A DNA stretch of 64,000 nt from the human T2T-CHM13v2.0 reference genome, Homo sapiens, in assembly GCF_009914755.1 (NCBI RefSeq), contig NC_060931.1; one strand, given 5' to 3'. How positions within the stretch are numbered: position 1 is the first letter of the stretch; every line of letters starts with the position of its first letter. The notes under the pieces are model-generated. The model made no database searches. It saw nothing but the letters and a program-made list of their open reading frames with translations, and was not told the origin of the DNA. This document shows positions 1-13,925 of the stretch, piece after piece. The position numbers were made by a program, and so were the translations under genes.

Positions 1-221
1 AAAAATAAAGTAGAATGACTGAAGAAAAAAAATAAAAACAACTTTTGGCCCTTTCTAGGCATTTCATTATTCTTCAACTTTCATGATATTAATTAAAGTA
101 ACACCACACCAAACAAGCCCAAAATGCATTCTGTCATAAACTCAGTTTTGAAGCAGGATCAATATGCACTGTTTACCAACTTTTATGAATCCAGTAAGAT
201 AAAACACATACACATGATAAC

Positions 222-3200
222 TTAAGGGTCTGTGCTGTGGTTCACCTATAGGGGCCTTCTTGCAAAGGCTCTAAACTGCATCCCTATCTGCCACTCCCAT
301 CTCAAGTAGCATTAGATCTACTGGGTCATATGGCCCAAGTGGCAGAGCAGCTTGCACAGGAACCTGGACTTGTTGCAGAGCCTTCTCCTGTTCTGAGCCC
401 CACTCAGAACTCTGGCAACTTTCCAGGTCACTTGGTAAATGGGCAAGAGTAACACACCCAAATGAGCAATGTGTTCCCTCCAAAATCTAAATAGGTCTAC
501 TAAGTGTTATGCCTGTTTCTTGGTTGTAGGAGGGGCCAGATACAAAAACTTATCCCTCACCTTAGAAGGAATATTTAAACAGGCCCCATACCAGTGGACC
601 CCTAGAAATTGTATTAAAGTAGAAGTCCTCTCAATTTTAGGCAGATTTATTTCCCACCCTCTGACAAGCAAATGTATAACCAGTAAGTCTAGATGGTTGC
701 TACTTCTGCTCACTAGGTCCAATTAGCGTAACGTCATCAATGTAATAGACCAGTGTGGCATATTGTGGAAGGGAAAGATGATCAAGATTCTTGTGAAGTA
801 AATTATGACATGGTGTTGTAGAATTGATACACCCCTGAAGTAGGGCAGTGCAGGTGTATTGCTGGCCTCACTAAATAAACGCAAACTGCTTCTGGTGGGC
901 CTTACAGACAGGTAGGGAGATAAAGCATTTTGCCAGATTAATAGCTGCATACCAGGTACCAGGAAATGCGTTAATTTGCTCAAACAATGAAACCACCTCT
1001 GGTGCAGCAGCTACAGAGTCACCACTTGATTAAGTTTTTGATAATCCACTTTGATTCTCCAGGATCCACCTGTCTTCTGTACAGGGCAAACCAGAGAATT
1101 GAATGGGCTGTGATGGGAATCACCACCCCTGCATCTTTCAAGTCCTTTATGGTAGCACCAATCTCTGCAATCCCACCAGGCATGTGGTATTGCTTTGATT
1201 TACATTTTCCTAGGTAGAGGCAGCTCTGATGGCTTTCATTTGTCCTTCACTACCACAATAGCCCTCACTTCATAGGTTAGGGAAGCAATGTAGAGATTCT
1301 CCCAGCTACAAACTATCTTTATTACAATTATGCATTCTGGACTGGAGAAATAAACACAGGATGAATTGAGGGACCCAGCTGACCCACTGTGAGCCAGACC
1401 TGAGCTAAAATTCCAATGATCACCTAACTTCCATAAAAAGCTTCTACTCTAACTGGTGGGCCACAGCGAGTCCCTGAAATTAACATCAGTTCCCAGCTAA
1501 TTTTCAGTAGTCCCCCAAAAAGCTGATTTTTTCCTTTCCCCCAGTGCACAGTTAGTTACCCTGGTAAAAGGCATAGGTCCGTTTGGGGACGGCTGGCAGA
1601 AATATTAACACTATGAGGTTCCAAAAGTATACTTGAGTCCTTACTTGGGAGGACCCAGCCTCTCCTTCATTTAAGGAATTTTGGGTCTGTAAACCGACTG
1701 AAGTCTGGGAATTGATTAAAGGGCTGTGATTCTCTGTTTTAATAATTTGAGTTAGACTTTTGTTCATTTTACCTGTATAAGTTTTCTGCTTATACAGATC
1801 AAGTCAGAATGTAATCCATTTCACTTCTGGGAACACCTTAATTAAGTAGCCAATGGCATAGGTCTACATGAGCCAGACTATTGTGATTGCTGCTTTACCT
1901 CAGCCCTCTGTTATGGTAACTATGGCAACCTTGCCTTTGATGGTCAAATGCTGCCACTTGGCCTTGTCGCCTCAGGATTTTATTGCATTTAAGTTTTTCA
2001 ATTGAGTGGCTGTGGTTCCTATTGAAATACAGAGAAGAGCAATTATACAGCTCTTCGAGGACATTGGCAGTCCCCTCAGAAATTTATTTCTAAAAGTAGT
2101 GGTGAAAGGTGTGTTCTCTGGACCCTCCCAATGTGGGTGAATAGGTTTAAAATGATAATCCACTCTAGCATTTCAACCTCCCCAAGCCTTTAAATATCTT
2201 CCTCTATGTTAAACCAAGGGAGATCAGGCATCTCTGACTCACTCATGGTGGGCCATCTTTTGATCGATGTTTCACCCCACCAACCAAACTATTGGTGTCT
2301 TTTCTAACTCTCTGAGCTGCAACACTAAATGCAGACTCTCTGCTTAGTGGGCTCACATCAATAAATTCAGTCTGGTCCAACTATAAGTTCTTTCTACATT
2401 ATCCCACATCCTTAATATTTATCCCCATACATGTTCCTCAGACTTCTGCTTGTAGAAAGTAAAAATCTCAAATAGTTCTTTTGGAGTATAATGTACCTCC
2501 TTATGGATCACTCTTCATACCTCACCTTTAGGTGCCTTCTGGAACTTGAGTCCAATTATAGGTCTAGAAGCAAAGAGGGGAGAGAGGTGGTGGGTCCGAA
2601 GGAAAATCAGCATTGTCTTGCCCGACAACTGCCTCAGGGGAGGCCATTACAGTTTTCTTAGACAATTCAGGGTTAATCCCCTCAGTCAGAGGTAGAAACT
2701 TCTGTGGGTGAGGTGGCCACTGTCACCGGGGTTAGGGAGGACACTTCTTTTGGCAATAAAGACTTGTCAGAATTTAGGAGTTCAGTGTTTCAGCTTCATC
2801 GGTCTCCCCACACATTCCCATCCCAACTAACAGGATCCCAGCCTTTCCCAATCAAAGCCCTTATTTTAACAGTAGACACCCTGTGAGACTGAGAGTTCAA
2901 CTTTCATGGCAATTCAGCCAATTGTATAATAAGGGCTTGTGTTTGATCTTCAGCAATTTCAGCCCTGTGGCCACAAGAGAGAAGGGAATACAGAGAAGCT
3001 CTTAAGCTACTTATGTGGAGCTGGAGCTGGGAATTTGAATCCCTAAGTTCATCATTTTCTTTCATCACATTTGTCCAGCAACAGTAGGAGCAACCAACCA
3101 ACATCATTATACTTCTTAGTTTTCCACAAATGCTCAAAAATATCATATACAAAGTCACCAAGTTCCTTGCCTCTTATAAGCGGTTGATTAGGAGTATCTA

Positions 3201-3393
3201 ATGTAGATGTTTTGCATATTTCTGTAAACAGTTCAAGCCAAAGACAATCAGCTCTCTGTACTAGTGGAAGTAGAGTCCTTCACATTTTTAAATCTAATCA
3301 GATAAGAAAGGCAATTTCAGAAACCCCAAAACTGATTAAGAAAATTCATTCTGAAAATTCTGTTCTTCTAAAACCAGTCCTGTTACCAAGATC
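222..3393 (-). mobile_element. ERV-L (HERVL/ERVL-B4-like) internal region: decayed gag, pro and 5' pol; truncated near the RT/RNase H junction
   Basis: Minus-strand ORF fragments read as ERV-L Pol (GWEINLPKI..IQFLGVHW..IPSKVRDKFLYLAPPTTKKQA; EQEKALQQVQ..ALPLGPYDP). RT motif YIDD at 733-744. The region starts right after the LTR with an ERV-L PBS-like GATCTTGGTAACAGG. Many stops and frameshifts. Confidence 0.9.
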
Positions 3394-3474
3394 TGTATTT
3401 GTCAGGGTTCTCCAGAGAGACACAGCCAATTAAATGATTGGCAGGTAGGTAGGTAGATAGATGATAGATAGATG

Positions 3475-3520
<46 letters not shown>

Positions 3521-3994
3521 CAGATAGATAGATAAAATAGATAGATACATAGATGAGAGGAGACTTATGAGGAGAATTGGCTCACATAATTATGGAGGCT
3601 GAGAAGTCCCATAATAGAAGTCACAGGGAAGCCAGCAGTGTGGCTCTGTCTAAATTTAAAGTCTTCAGAACCTGGGGGATTGCTGGTGCTGGTACCAGTC
3701 CCAGAGTCCAGTGGCCAGAGAACCTGGTATTCTTATGTCCAAAGGCAAGAGAGGAAGGGTGTCCCAGCTCCAGGTATGAGAGAGTAAATTCACCATTCCT
3801 CAATCTTTTTGTTCTATCCAGACCCCTGATTGGATGATGCCTCCCCACAGTGAGGGTGGATCCTTCTTAATCTATCCAGTCACACACCTATCTCCTCTAG
3901 AAGCACCTCACAGATGCATCCAGAAATAATGCTTTACTAGCTACCTCCATATCCCTTAATTCAGTCAAGTTGACACCTAAAATTCATCATCACA
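3394..3994 (-). mobile_element. MLT2 (MLT2B-like) 5' LTR of the ERV-L
   Basis: Minus strand begins TGTGATGATGAATTTTAGGTGTCAAC and ends CTCTGGAGAACCCTGACAAATACA, matching MLT2 termini; abuts the ERV-L internal region. Confidence 0.9.
3443..3553 (+). repeat. Compound (AGGT)n/(GATA)n tetranucleotide STR inside the MLT2 LTR
   Basis: About 11.5 uninterrupted GATA units at 3475-3520 with imperfect flanking units. Confidence 0.95.
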
Positions 3995-4270
3995 CCTCCC
4001 CTAAGGAAACATTGCAAAGTCACAAGTTCCCTCCAGTTCCTTTGACCAGTTAACAAACTTACATCTCTAAGTGATGGGCATCCCTTTTCATCAGGCCAGA
4101 TGTGATGTGAACTAAAAGAGAATCAATCTCCTTCCCCTCTATACTACCCGTATAGCCACATACAAACACAAAAAGTCACATACATAGACATATATGTGTG
4201 TGCACACACAAATAATGGTGTGTGTATATAATAATGGGAGAGGGACAAGATAATGGTATTTAAAAACCCT

Positions 4271-4640
4271 CACTGTGGGCTACATTGTACTCCCCCAAAA
4301 TTTATATGTTGAAGTCCTAACCTGCAGCACCTCAGAATATGATTATATTTGGAGATAGGACCTTAAAACAGGTAAATTAAAGTAAAATAAGATCACACGG
4401 GTGGGCCCTAATCCAATATGACTGGTGTGATAAAAAGGGGAGAGGAGGACACAGACACAGAGGGAAGACCATGTGGAGACATGGGGAGAAGATGCTGATC
4501 TACACGGAGAGGCCTCAAAGGAAACCTACCCTGCCGTCATCTCTTCTCAGACTTACAGCCTCCAGAATTGTAAGAAAATAAATTTCTATTGTTTAAGCCA
4601 CCCAGTCTGTGGTGTTTCTTATGGCAGCTGGCTAATAGAC
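4271..4640 (+). mobile_element. MLT1 (MLT1A/B-like) solo MaLR LTR
   Basis: CCCCCAAAATTTATATGTTGAAGTCCTAAC..CTCAGAATATGA..GGAGATAGG near the start; AATAAATTTCTATTGTTTAAGCCACCCAGTCTGTGG near the end. Confidence 0.85.
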
Positions 4641-4719
4641 CTACTATTCACTGAATTTTAATACGGGCATGATTTCAAGGGGAGTTATGTTCTTCATTAT
4701 TCTCTTGACTTCTTCTTTT

Positions 4720-7630
4720 CTTCTTTCCCAACACAGGCATATGGTGTTACAAATTTTCCCCTAAATACATTTTAGTAGCATCACAAAAAATGATACATTA
4801 TGTTTTCATTTTCACTCAATTAAAAATACTTTCTAATTTCTCTTTTGATTTTTTCTTTGACCTATGTGTTGTTTAGAATTTTTTATTTAATTTCTGAAAA
4901 TTTGAGTATTTTTTCAGAAAGCATTCTGTTACTGATTTCTAACTTAATTTTAATTTACATTAGAATATACATTATATGTATATATACATTAGTAATATAC
5001 ATTACTATATGCATACATATATACATAATACATAATATACATACATAATATACATAATACATAGTATATATATATAATAATGTACATTATTATATGTATA
5101 TATACATTAGTAATGTACATTATATATGGTCAGTAATATACATTAAATGACCTGAATTCTTTTAAATTTATTGGGAGTTGTTTTATGGTCTAATAGAGTC
5201 TATCCTGGTAAGTATTCAGTGTGTACTTAAAAAGAATGTTTTGAGGTGGTATATTGTATAAATATCAGTTAGATCAAGTTGATTGGTCATGTTGTTCAAA
5301 TCTTACAGATTTTTCTTTCTCCTAGTCTATCCATTACTGAGAAAGAGTTATTGACACCTCTGACTACAACTGTAAGTTAGTCTATTTCTTCTCGTGGTTC
5401 TTCTTTGCTTCATGTGTTTTCAAGCTCTGTTACTAGGCATCTAAGTCTGAATAGATTGACCACCTTATCATTATGAATAAAGCTGTCTATCTCCGGTAAT
5501 ATTCTTTGCTCTAAAATCTACTTTGTCTGATAATAGGATAGTCACTCAGAATTTTTGGATGGTGTAGCTTTTTCCATCCTTTTACTTTGAATCTACATGT
5601 GTCTGTACCTATGTATTTGGGGTTTGTTTCTTATACCCAGATTATAGTTAGTACTTACTTTTATATCCAACCTGATAATCTCTGTATTTTAAATGAGGGT
5701 TCTATATAATTTACATTTAATCTGATGACTGATATGAGTAGCTTCAAATCTACAATATTGCCATTTGTGTACTATTTGTCCCATATTTTCCTTGTTCCCC
5801 TTTCCCTCTCACTGCCTTCTTTTAATATAATGAACATTTCTATCATTTCATTTTATTTCTTTTGTTGGCTTTTTATCTGTAATTCCTTTCTTTACTATTT
5901 TAATGATTGCTTTAGGATTTACACAATACATGTTTAATTTACCACAATCTTCTTTGAAGTGGTAATGTACCACTACATAATTAGTATAAGAACCTTGTAA
6001 CAGTATATTTTCATTTTTTCACCTCTCCATATGTGTGGCATTGTTATCCATCTTAATTTTGTATATATTTTGTATTATTGTATATATTGTATATATTGTA
6101 TATATTTCTGTTTAAACAGTTAATTATCTTTTAGAGAGTTTTACATAATTTTAAATTATTATTTACCTGTCTAGTTATCATTTTCTATGCGCTCCATTCC
6201 TTTCTGTAGTTCTATATTTCCATCTGGTTTCATTTTCTTTCTGTATTACAGAGTAAATCTGTAGGCTACAGTTTCTTTTGGCTTTTATACTTCTGAAAAA
6301 CTCTTTGTTTTAAAAGTAATTTTTGATGGGTATATAACACTATGCTGATTTTTTTTCTTTCTGTTCTTTAAAAATGTTTCTACACTGTATTATTTATAAA
6401 AGTAAACTTATTATTTTTATACCTCTGTATGCAATATGTCTCTTTGTTATTTTTCTTTTTAGTATGTTCTCTTTATCACTAGTATTGGGTAATTTGATTT
6501 TGACAAACTTTGATGTAGTTTTCTTCATCTTGCTTGATATTTGCTAAGTTTCTTGTACCTGTGGATTTAGAGGTGCCAGCAAACTTAGAAAATTTATGCC
6601 TGTTATTTGGTCAAACATTTTTCTCTCTTCTTCTGTCCTATAGACTCTCCAAGTACATACTTATTAGGATGCTTGAAACTGTCCCACAAGACATTGATGG
6701 TCTGTTCACCTTTTTTTCTCTCCTTTTTTCTTCTGGGTTTCATTTTGGATAATTTTTATTGCTGTTTCTCACACTTCAGTAATCTTTTCTTTTGCAATGT
6801 GTTATCTGCAATTAACCCCACCCAGAGTATCATCTCACATATGATAGTTTTCATCTCTAGAAGTCATATCTGGGTCTTTTTTTATGTCTTCCATGTTGCT
6901 ACTTAATATTTGATCACATGGAATATATTTATAACGACAGTTTTAAATACCTGCAGATCTGGGTTGGTTTTGATTATTTGATTTACCTTGTCAGTATGAG
7001 TCCATTTTTCTGGTTTTTGTTATTTTTTTATAGCTGGTAAGATCAGATTGATTATCAGATGTGAATTTTAACTGGTTCTATCCAAAAAAAATATTTTTAA
7101 CCCTGTAAATGTTCTTAAGATTTTATTTCTGGAATCCAGTTAAATTACTTGAAAGCAATGCTCTCCTTTCTGATCTTGCTTGTAAAATTTGTTACATGGA
7201 AACAATGTAGCATTCAGTCTATGGTTAAATACTCTCCACTACTGAGGAAAGACATTTCTCTGTACTTTGCCCAATGCCTCATGACCATTGCGATTTTACA
7301 GTGTAGTTAACTACACTATGCCTGGCCCTGTGTAAGCACTGCACATTGTTACCTCTAATCTTTTTGGAAAGTTATTCCCCCAGCCTCACTAGTTTCCTTA
7401 CACATATATGCTGGTTGGTAATCTGCTGAATTAATAACCCCACAATGAAAAATCCTCTAAAGATCTCTTCAGGTTTCTCTCTGTGTAGCTGATTACTCTC
7501 TAGTAATGTATTCTGTTAACTCTGGTTGCCTTAGTCTTACCGGACTCTCAATTCTGTATCTAAACTCATTATGTCTGCTAAACTTCACATACGTTCTCCT
7601 TCCCTGTGCTGTGGTCTGGAAATTCTCTCA
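4720..7630 (-). mobile_element. Old L1M element (L1MC/MD-like; 5' part to endonuclease region), with embedded TA-rich low-complexity tracts
   Basis: T-rich antisense L1M signatures such as TTTCTAATTTCTCTTTTGATTTTTTCTTTGACC and CTAAAATCTACTTTGTCTGATAATAGGATAG; TA-rich expansions at about 4955-5150 and 6055-6105. Confidence 0.75.
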
Positions 7631-7699
7631 AGCGATCGTTATCTTTATTCCCTAATGAAGTTAAACCATTTACTTCTTTTGATTATCTAGGATGAGCAG

Positions 7700-8080
7700 G
7701 AAATGGAAGCAAGGCAATCACGATGCAACCACCTTCTAGCATGTTGTGTTGTAAATATTAATCCAGATTATACTAATGAACATTCTTACCCAAGATTAGA
7801 CAAGGAAGGTTCCCGTTCTCCTTTCTTGAAAAACTGTATGCAGGTAAGAAAAGTGCAATCATATGCCATGGCTCTGAATTTGAGAAGAGAACAATGTATG
7901 AGGAGTGAAGTGATACCAGAAGGTAAATTGACAGAAAGTAGTGGTACACATCACAGCTTCACACTCAGTCATCTCAGATACACCCAGACCCTTAGCAGCT
8001 TAGTTATACCAGCTAATGAATCCCTTCTTAAGAGAGTTTGAGTCAGATGGGTAACACTTGCAGGCAAAAATTGTCCTTAA
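7700..8080 (+). mobile_element. Degenerate old MLT1 (I/J/K-like) LTR
   Basis: 3' end AGCTAATGAATCCCTTCTTAAGAGAGTTTGAGTCAGATGGGTAACACTTGCAGGCAAAAA resembles old MLT1 termini; 5' boundary uncertain. Confidence 0.5.
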
Positions 8081-9709
8081 ATATTGACAATAAAATATGG
8101 AAATATATTTTCCAGAATATCTGACTGGAATTTTAAGAATATGTTTTCTTTTCATTTTAGTGATGGGTAATAGGAAAACAGAGTATATGACTACAGATAT
8201 TATTTAGTTATGAGACTCCAAGTTGGATTGTTAATTAATAATAAAAGCACCTGTAGAAAACAATTTTAATATAAAATTTTATCATTATAACCTTCAATTT
8301 TGGCAATGTTTCAATGAGGAAAGTGTTTCAGATTCTTTTCCACTATTCTGTATATTCAGGTACTAAAAAGCAAAAGATTTACCTGAACTCAGTATTCAAC
8401 CAAAGTTGTTTGACTCAATGAGAGTGTAATCTAATCAGGCAGTAAAATTTTCAGCAGTAATAGAAGTCTCTATGGTCAGTCCACAAATAAAAGAACTTTT
8501 TCTTGACTAAAACACAGAAAGACGCTGCAACAGAAAATGAAATGTGGAATACGATAGCATAACTGAGTCCCAAAATCAAACATGAAATGTAAAAAAGTCT
8601 GATTAATTTTGGATTTAATACTATTAAATAGATTAAAACATCCTCATAAAGTAGAAACATTTTTCTTCCAGTTTTCACTTTCTTCTTTAAGATGGCCATT
8701 AATTAATACAATAGGTAGTATCTATCTATTCTATACTTTTATCATTTTTTTCTTATGATATAGTAATATTTCTGTGAGTAAATGGAAATGAAACCATTTC
8801 GTAGATATTAATTGCTTGTAAGACACTGTGGAATGTGCTACAGACAGCATTGTATAGACCAATGATTTCAACATTCTCAAATGTTTCTTTTAAAGTGCTT
8901 ATACTACCAATAATATATGACTTAAATATTTTCTATCCTCTTATTGGCAGAATAACAAATTTTAATAGACTAGAAGGGAGGAGATATGCAGAATTTAGGA
9001 GGAAAAGAAGAACCATACAATATAGCCTACAATTTATACATCCAAATATTTCCCATATATGAAACTCTTTAGATTTTATTGTAACCGTTCCCTCTGGAGT
9101 CTTGACCTGCAGTTTAAGAAATACTGGCATTGATATATGAAATACACAGATAATGCAAAAAACTCATTTTACCAGATAGTTTCACCTTCTGCCCCCATCA
9201 ATCATATTACAAAATCTGTCAGCAGGGAGCAAAGTGCATGGCTTAAATTTCACCTCTACTCTTTTCACGTGGTCACTCAAAAAGAAGTGTTAATGGACAA
9301 TATGAATGCCAAAAGTGAAGAAGAACAAATATATGAAGATACCAGTCTAATTAATTAGCCCTTAAATAGTAACATTAAACTATACTGCCATGCTTATGTT
9401 GAAAGAAAAAGCGAACAAGCCGTCTAGATTTTGTTTTGTTCTGTTTTGGAGAAGACTTAATATTATTTTCTAATCTCAGTGGCTTAGAATATCTCCTCAT
9501 TTTCACTTTTAGCATGTTTCTCTTTTATCTTTTGTTTGCTTTCCCACTCTGAGCTCTTCAGCCAATCTTTTTTCCAACTTTCTCCCTTTTTTATCTCACT
9601 ATCCGGACAAAACTCAATATGAATAAGGGATGCAAATAAACTTGGAAGAAAGTATTTTAGAGATATGAAACTACTAATACATAGTAAATTCTAAATTTCT
9701 GTATTTATC

Positions 9710-10190
9710 ATTTGATTAATGAATATTTAGTGTATGCCTATTACCTACCAGATAATGTCATACATTCAGATGATGCTCATTGTTAACAAAATAGTTTGTT
9801 TCCTCATAGAGTTTGCACATCAGAATTAACAAAGAAGGAAAATTCAGTACCAGCTTTTACCAGTTATTGAGAAACTGTTACATGCAAAATGCTGGGAGTA
9901 GATTTTCATGGTGCTAAGGAAATATGTTACATGGAGACTCAACTTATTTCAGTGCATAAAGAAAGGTTTACTCATATAGCAATATTTAGAGTGAGATTTG
10001 AAGAATGGTCACCATTTAAACAAAAGAAAGAGAATGGGTAGAACATTTTAGGAAGAGGGAACAGTATGCACAAAGGCTGTGAGGCAGGGAAAGCAGAGTA
10101 TGTTGAAGAAATTGAGAGAAAGCTGGAGTGGCTGGAATGAAGTGAGCAAATAGTAAAGTTGCACCACCAGAATACAATAAGGGTCTTAAG
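9710..10190 (-). mobile_element. L2 3' fragment
   Basis: Antisense L2 signatures: AATGAATATTTAGTGTATGCCTATTACC..CCTCATAGAGTTTGCACATC..GGAACAGTATGCACAAAGGCTGTGAGGCAGG..AGCTGGAGTGGCTGGA. Confidence 0.75.
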
Positions 10191-10438
10191 CCATTTTTTC
10201 TCAACCATCCTTTCCGGCACTGTAATTTTCAATTTGGGCTAATCATGGTATGTTCTCTACACAATAGATGGAAACTTGTATCTTTCTCAGACACACAAAC
10301 CTAAAAGCTGCTAACTGCCTGCCTGAAACTGCTTTTAATACCCTTTCTATGAAACGAAGCCCAATTTTATTACCTCAAAATGTTTTTCCATACTGTAACA
10401 ATGGGTTTTAGTTCTGCATAAAAGATATTATTCATTCA

Positions 10439-10749
<311 letters not shown>

Positions 10750-10913
10750 TCAAGTTTAACATAGTGTCTATTTTGAACAATACAGTCCGCTAAGTGTTAA
10801 AATGAAACACACAAAAATTAACTTATATCTCACAACACTTGAAGTCTTGGTAGCATGACAGCAGGGTGTTGCCTATAATTTTGGAAAGAGTAAACAAGTA
10901 TAATGTTACTGGA

Positions 10914-11245
10914 GGCCAGACACAGTGGCTCATGTCCGTAATTCCAGCACTTTGAGAGGCCAAGGAAAAAGTATTGCTTAAGCCATAAGTTCAAAAGCTG
11001 CCTAAGCAACAAAGCAAGATCTCATCTCTAAAACAAACAAACAAACAAACAAACAACAGCAACAACAACAACAAAAATTAGCCAGGCAGGCATAGTGGTG
11101 CATAACTAGTCCCAGCTACTCGGAAGGCTGAGGTGGGAGGATCGCTTGAGTCTAGGAGTTCAAACCTGCAATGAGCTGTGATCATGACACTGCCCTCCAG
11201 CCTGGGTGACAGAATAAGGCCTCATCTCAAAAATATATATATATA
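10914..11245 (+). mobile_element. AluJ with (AAAC)n/(AAC)n middle region and (AT)n tail
   Basis: Diverged dimer with J features (GGAGGATCGCTTGAG..AGGAGTTCAA..CTGCAATGAGCTGTGATC). Confidence 0.9.
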
Positions 11246-12378
11246 TAATTAGCATCAACTTTTAAATTAATTTAGTACATAATATGTTACTGTTAAACAT
11301 TTATAAATGGGTTGCAAGAATCTTACTAATTTGCATAGTTGTCTTTTCCAGTAATAAAGGGACAAATCAGATAGTCTAACAGAAATTTTTTTAGCATATT
11401 AGTACTGAAGCTGAAAGTTTATATTTCCTAATTTTATACAGAGCCAGATCTCACTATTTTTATACACTCAAATACTTACAAGTTGATCAACTAATCTACC
11501 AGTTACAATTGGAATGTTTCATCACCACCATCACCTTCACAACCTGCTATGCCTTCAGTGATCATTAGAGTTAAGATGAATATTAACATTAGTAGTGTGA
11601 GGAAGAGATATATTAACATTTCTCTCAGATGAGAATACCAGCCTATCTTGCCTAACATATGAAAGTTGTTTTCCAGTGATTACTGAATTCCATTAAGATT
11701 TTAGAACTGAATTAAATCTACATAAAAATTATAAAAACCATCATGTTTTTAAGAGTAAACAAAAACGGGATAAAATCTTAGTTTACATTTATGGATCATA
11801 TATCCATATTGCTTCTATAAGGTATTTCTTAGTCTGGTGTTTATTCTTAATTTGAATTATGCCTATTTTTTTAATGTTAACTTGGGCTCCTGGCTCAAGG
11901 TGAAAAATTTGGCACAAATTTTTTCTCTTCTTACCAATTAGTTCAGAAAATCTTTCAACTTTTATAAAAGCAAGGAATGCTAGAACAAATAAAACTAGAA
12001 TCTTGAGGAAAATCAAAAAGTTATACAAGAAAGTCACAGTCCAAGTATAGAGCAAAGTATTCAGATCAAAGTAAGTAAGCAGGCTGAAGTAAGAATAATG
12101 GAAGGGATATCAAGAAATAACCAGAATGAATGACATGCTGAACATAATAAAGATAAGGTAGGAAGGGAAATATTTCTTCCTCCAAAAGAGAAATAAGAAA
12201 CAATAAGAAATTGCAGAGAAAATAAAGTCACAAACAAAAATATGGGGAAATGTAGCAATATAAAGCCTGATATAATTTTAACAAATCCATAAATAGTGTG
12301 TATCTCTTCTTTCTATATTCCATTAGCCAGAATTAATTGTGTTAAGCTGCAGTGCTGACTGAGAAACTTAGATTACCT

Positions 12379-12593
12379 GGAAAGAAGAAAAAAAGAGAGA
12401 AAGAGAGAAAGAAAGGAAAGAAGGAAGGAAGGAAGGAAGGAAGGAAGGAAGGAAGGAAGGAAGGAAGGGAGGGAGGGAGGGAGGAAGGGAAGGGGAGGGG
12501 GAAGGGGGGAATAGGGGAGAGAGGGAGGGAGGGAAGGAAAGAAAAAGAGAGAGAAAGGGAGAGAAAAAAGAGAGAAAGAGAAAAGAAGAAGGG
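12379..12593 (+). repeat. Polypurine tract with (GGAA)11 microsatellite and G-runs
   Basis: About 215 bp of A/G with a single T at 12512; 11 consecutive GGAA units at 12423-12466. Confidence 0.95.
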
Positions 12594-13561
12594 CTTGATA
12601 AGCATCTAGATCATACCTTAAACAGTTTATTATGAAAGAGTAAAAACTTAAACTTTTTTTATTCATTTACAGATATGATCTTTTGACTTCCCACTTTGCA
12701 AGATAACAATATTGCCATTTCATTACCACTCATCATTCATTCTCCTAACCACTTTCAGCCACCTGTACATTATATCAACATTTTATTTTTTCATAAAAAA
12801 TAATTGTATTATATTTTATTGCAAGACTGACAATTTTTACATTCTATTCCATGGTCATAGTAAAATTTGTTGCCTTTTGAATACTGGTTAATTATAGAAG
12901 TTTAAAATCCATAACAGCATTTTCCACATTATAACTATATAAATATTACTCACTGCAGAGGCACATAGTGTTCTATTATTTCAGTTCTATTTGCACTTCA
13001 AGGAGAGAAGATTTAATGAATTTTCTTATCTACTTTGAATCAATCTGAAAAATAAAATGGATATATACACAAATAAACAAGCAGATCCTAAGAGACCTGT
13101 GGGACTACAACAAAAGATCTAATATTCTTACTATCAGAGTTCCAGGAAAGGAGAAAAATGATGGGTCTGAGAAAGTACCGGAAGAAATCATGGCTAAATA
13201 CTTATATGGCAAGGGACAGTAACTGTTATATTCAAAAAGATGAGTGAACCCCAAACAGGATGAACCCAAAGAAATCCATGCCTAGATATATCATCATAAA
13301 TGTTTGAAAACTAAAGAGAAAGAAAAAATCGTGAAAACAGCTAGAGAAAAAGAATACCTTACCATAGAGGGTAGAAAGAAGTGGCACAATGTTTTTCAAG
13401 TGTAAAAAACTGAGGAAACAAATCTATCAACCTAGAGTCCTATATAGAGTGAAACTATCATTCAACAATGAAGGCGAATTCAAGAAGCACTCAAATTAAG
13501 TAAAACTAAGAGAATTTATTGCCAAAGAATACAGTAAACAAAATTATGGGTCAATAAAATA

Positions 13562-13925
13562 GAGTAGTCTTCCCTTATACTCAGGGGATATGTTTCAAGA
13601 CTCCTAGTGGATGCCTGAAACCTCGGATAGTACTCAACCCAATATATACTGTACTATATTTTTTCAATCTGATAACCCAGATAGCTACTGAGTGACTAAT
13701 GGGTGGAGAGCAAACATAGTGTGGATACACTGGACAGAGAGACATTTCATGTCTTGAGCAGATGGCACAGAATGCTGCAAGATTTCATCACGCTACTCAC
13801 AACGGCACAAATTTAAAACTATGCATTGTTTATTTATGGAATTTTTCATTTAATAATTTCAAACTGAAGTTGACCGCTAGTAACTGAAACTGCAGAATGT
13901 AAAACCTGGAATGGGCAGACTACTC
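13562..13925 (-). mobile_element. MER44A (Tigger7-derived MITE), complete
   Basis: Body matches MER44A (GGATGCCTGAAACCTCGGATAGTAC..GATTTCATCACGCTACTC..TTGACCGCTAGTAACTGAAAC); terminal inverted repeats flanked by TA at 13560-61 and 13926-27. Confidence 0.9.

Noticed and set aside
8933-9130. Minus-strand acceptor-like tttcttaaactgcag before VKTPEGTVTIK..
   Set aside because: No credible donor and no recognisable protein similarity.
12342-12666. 85-97 aa ORFs on both strands
   Set aside because: They are translations of the purine microsatellite.
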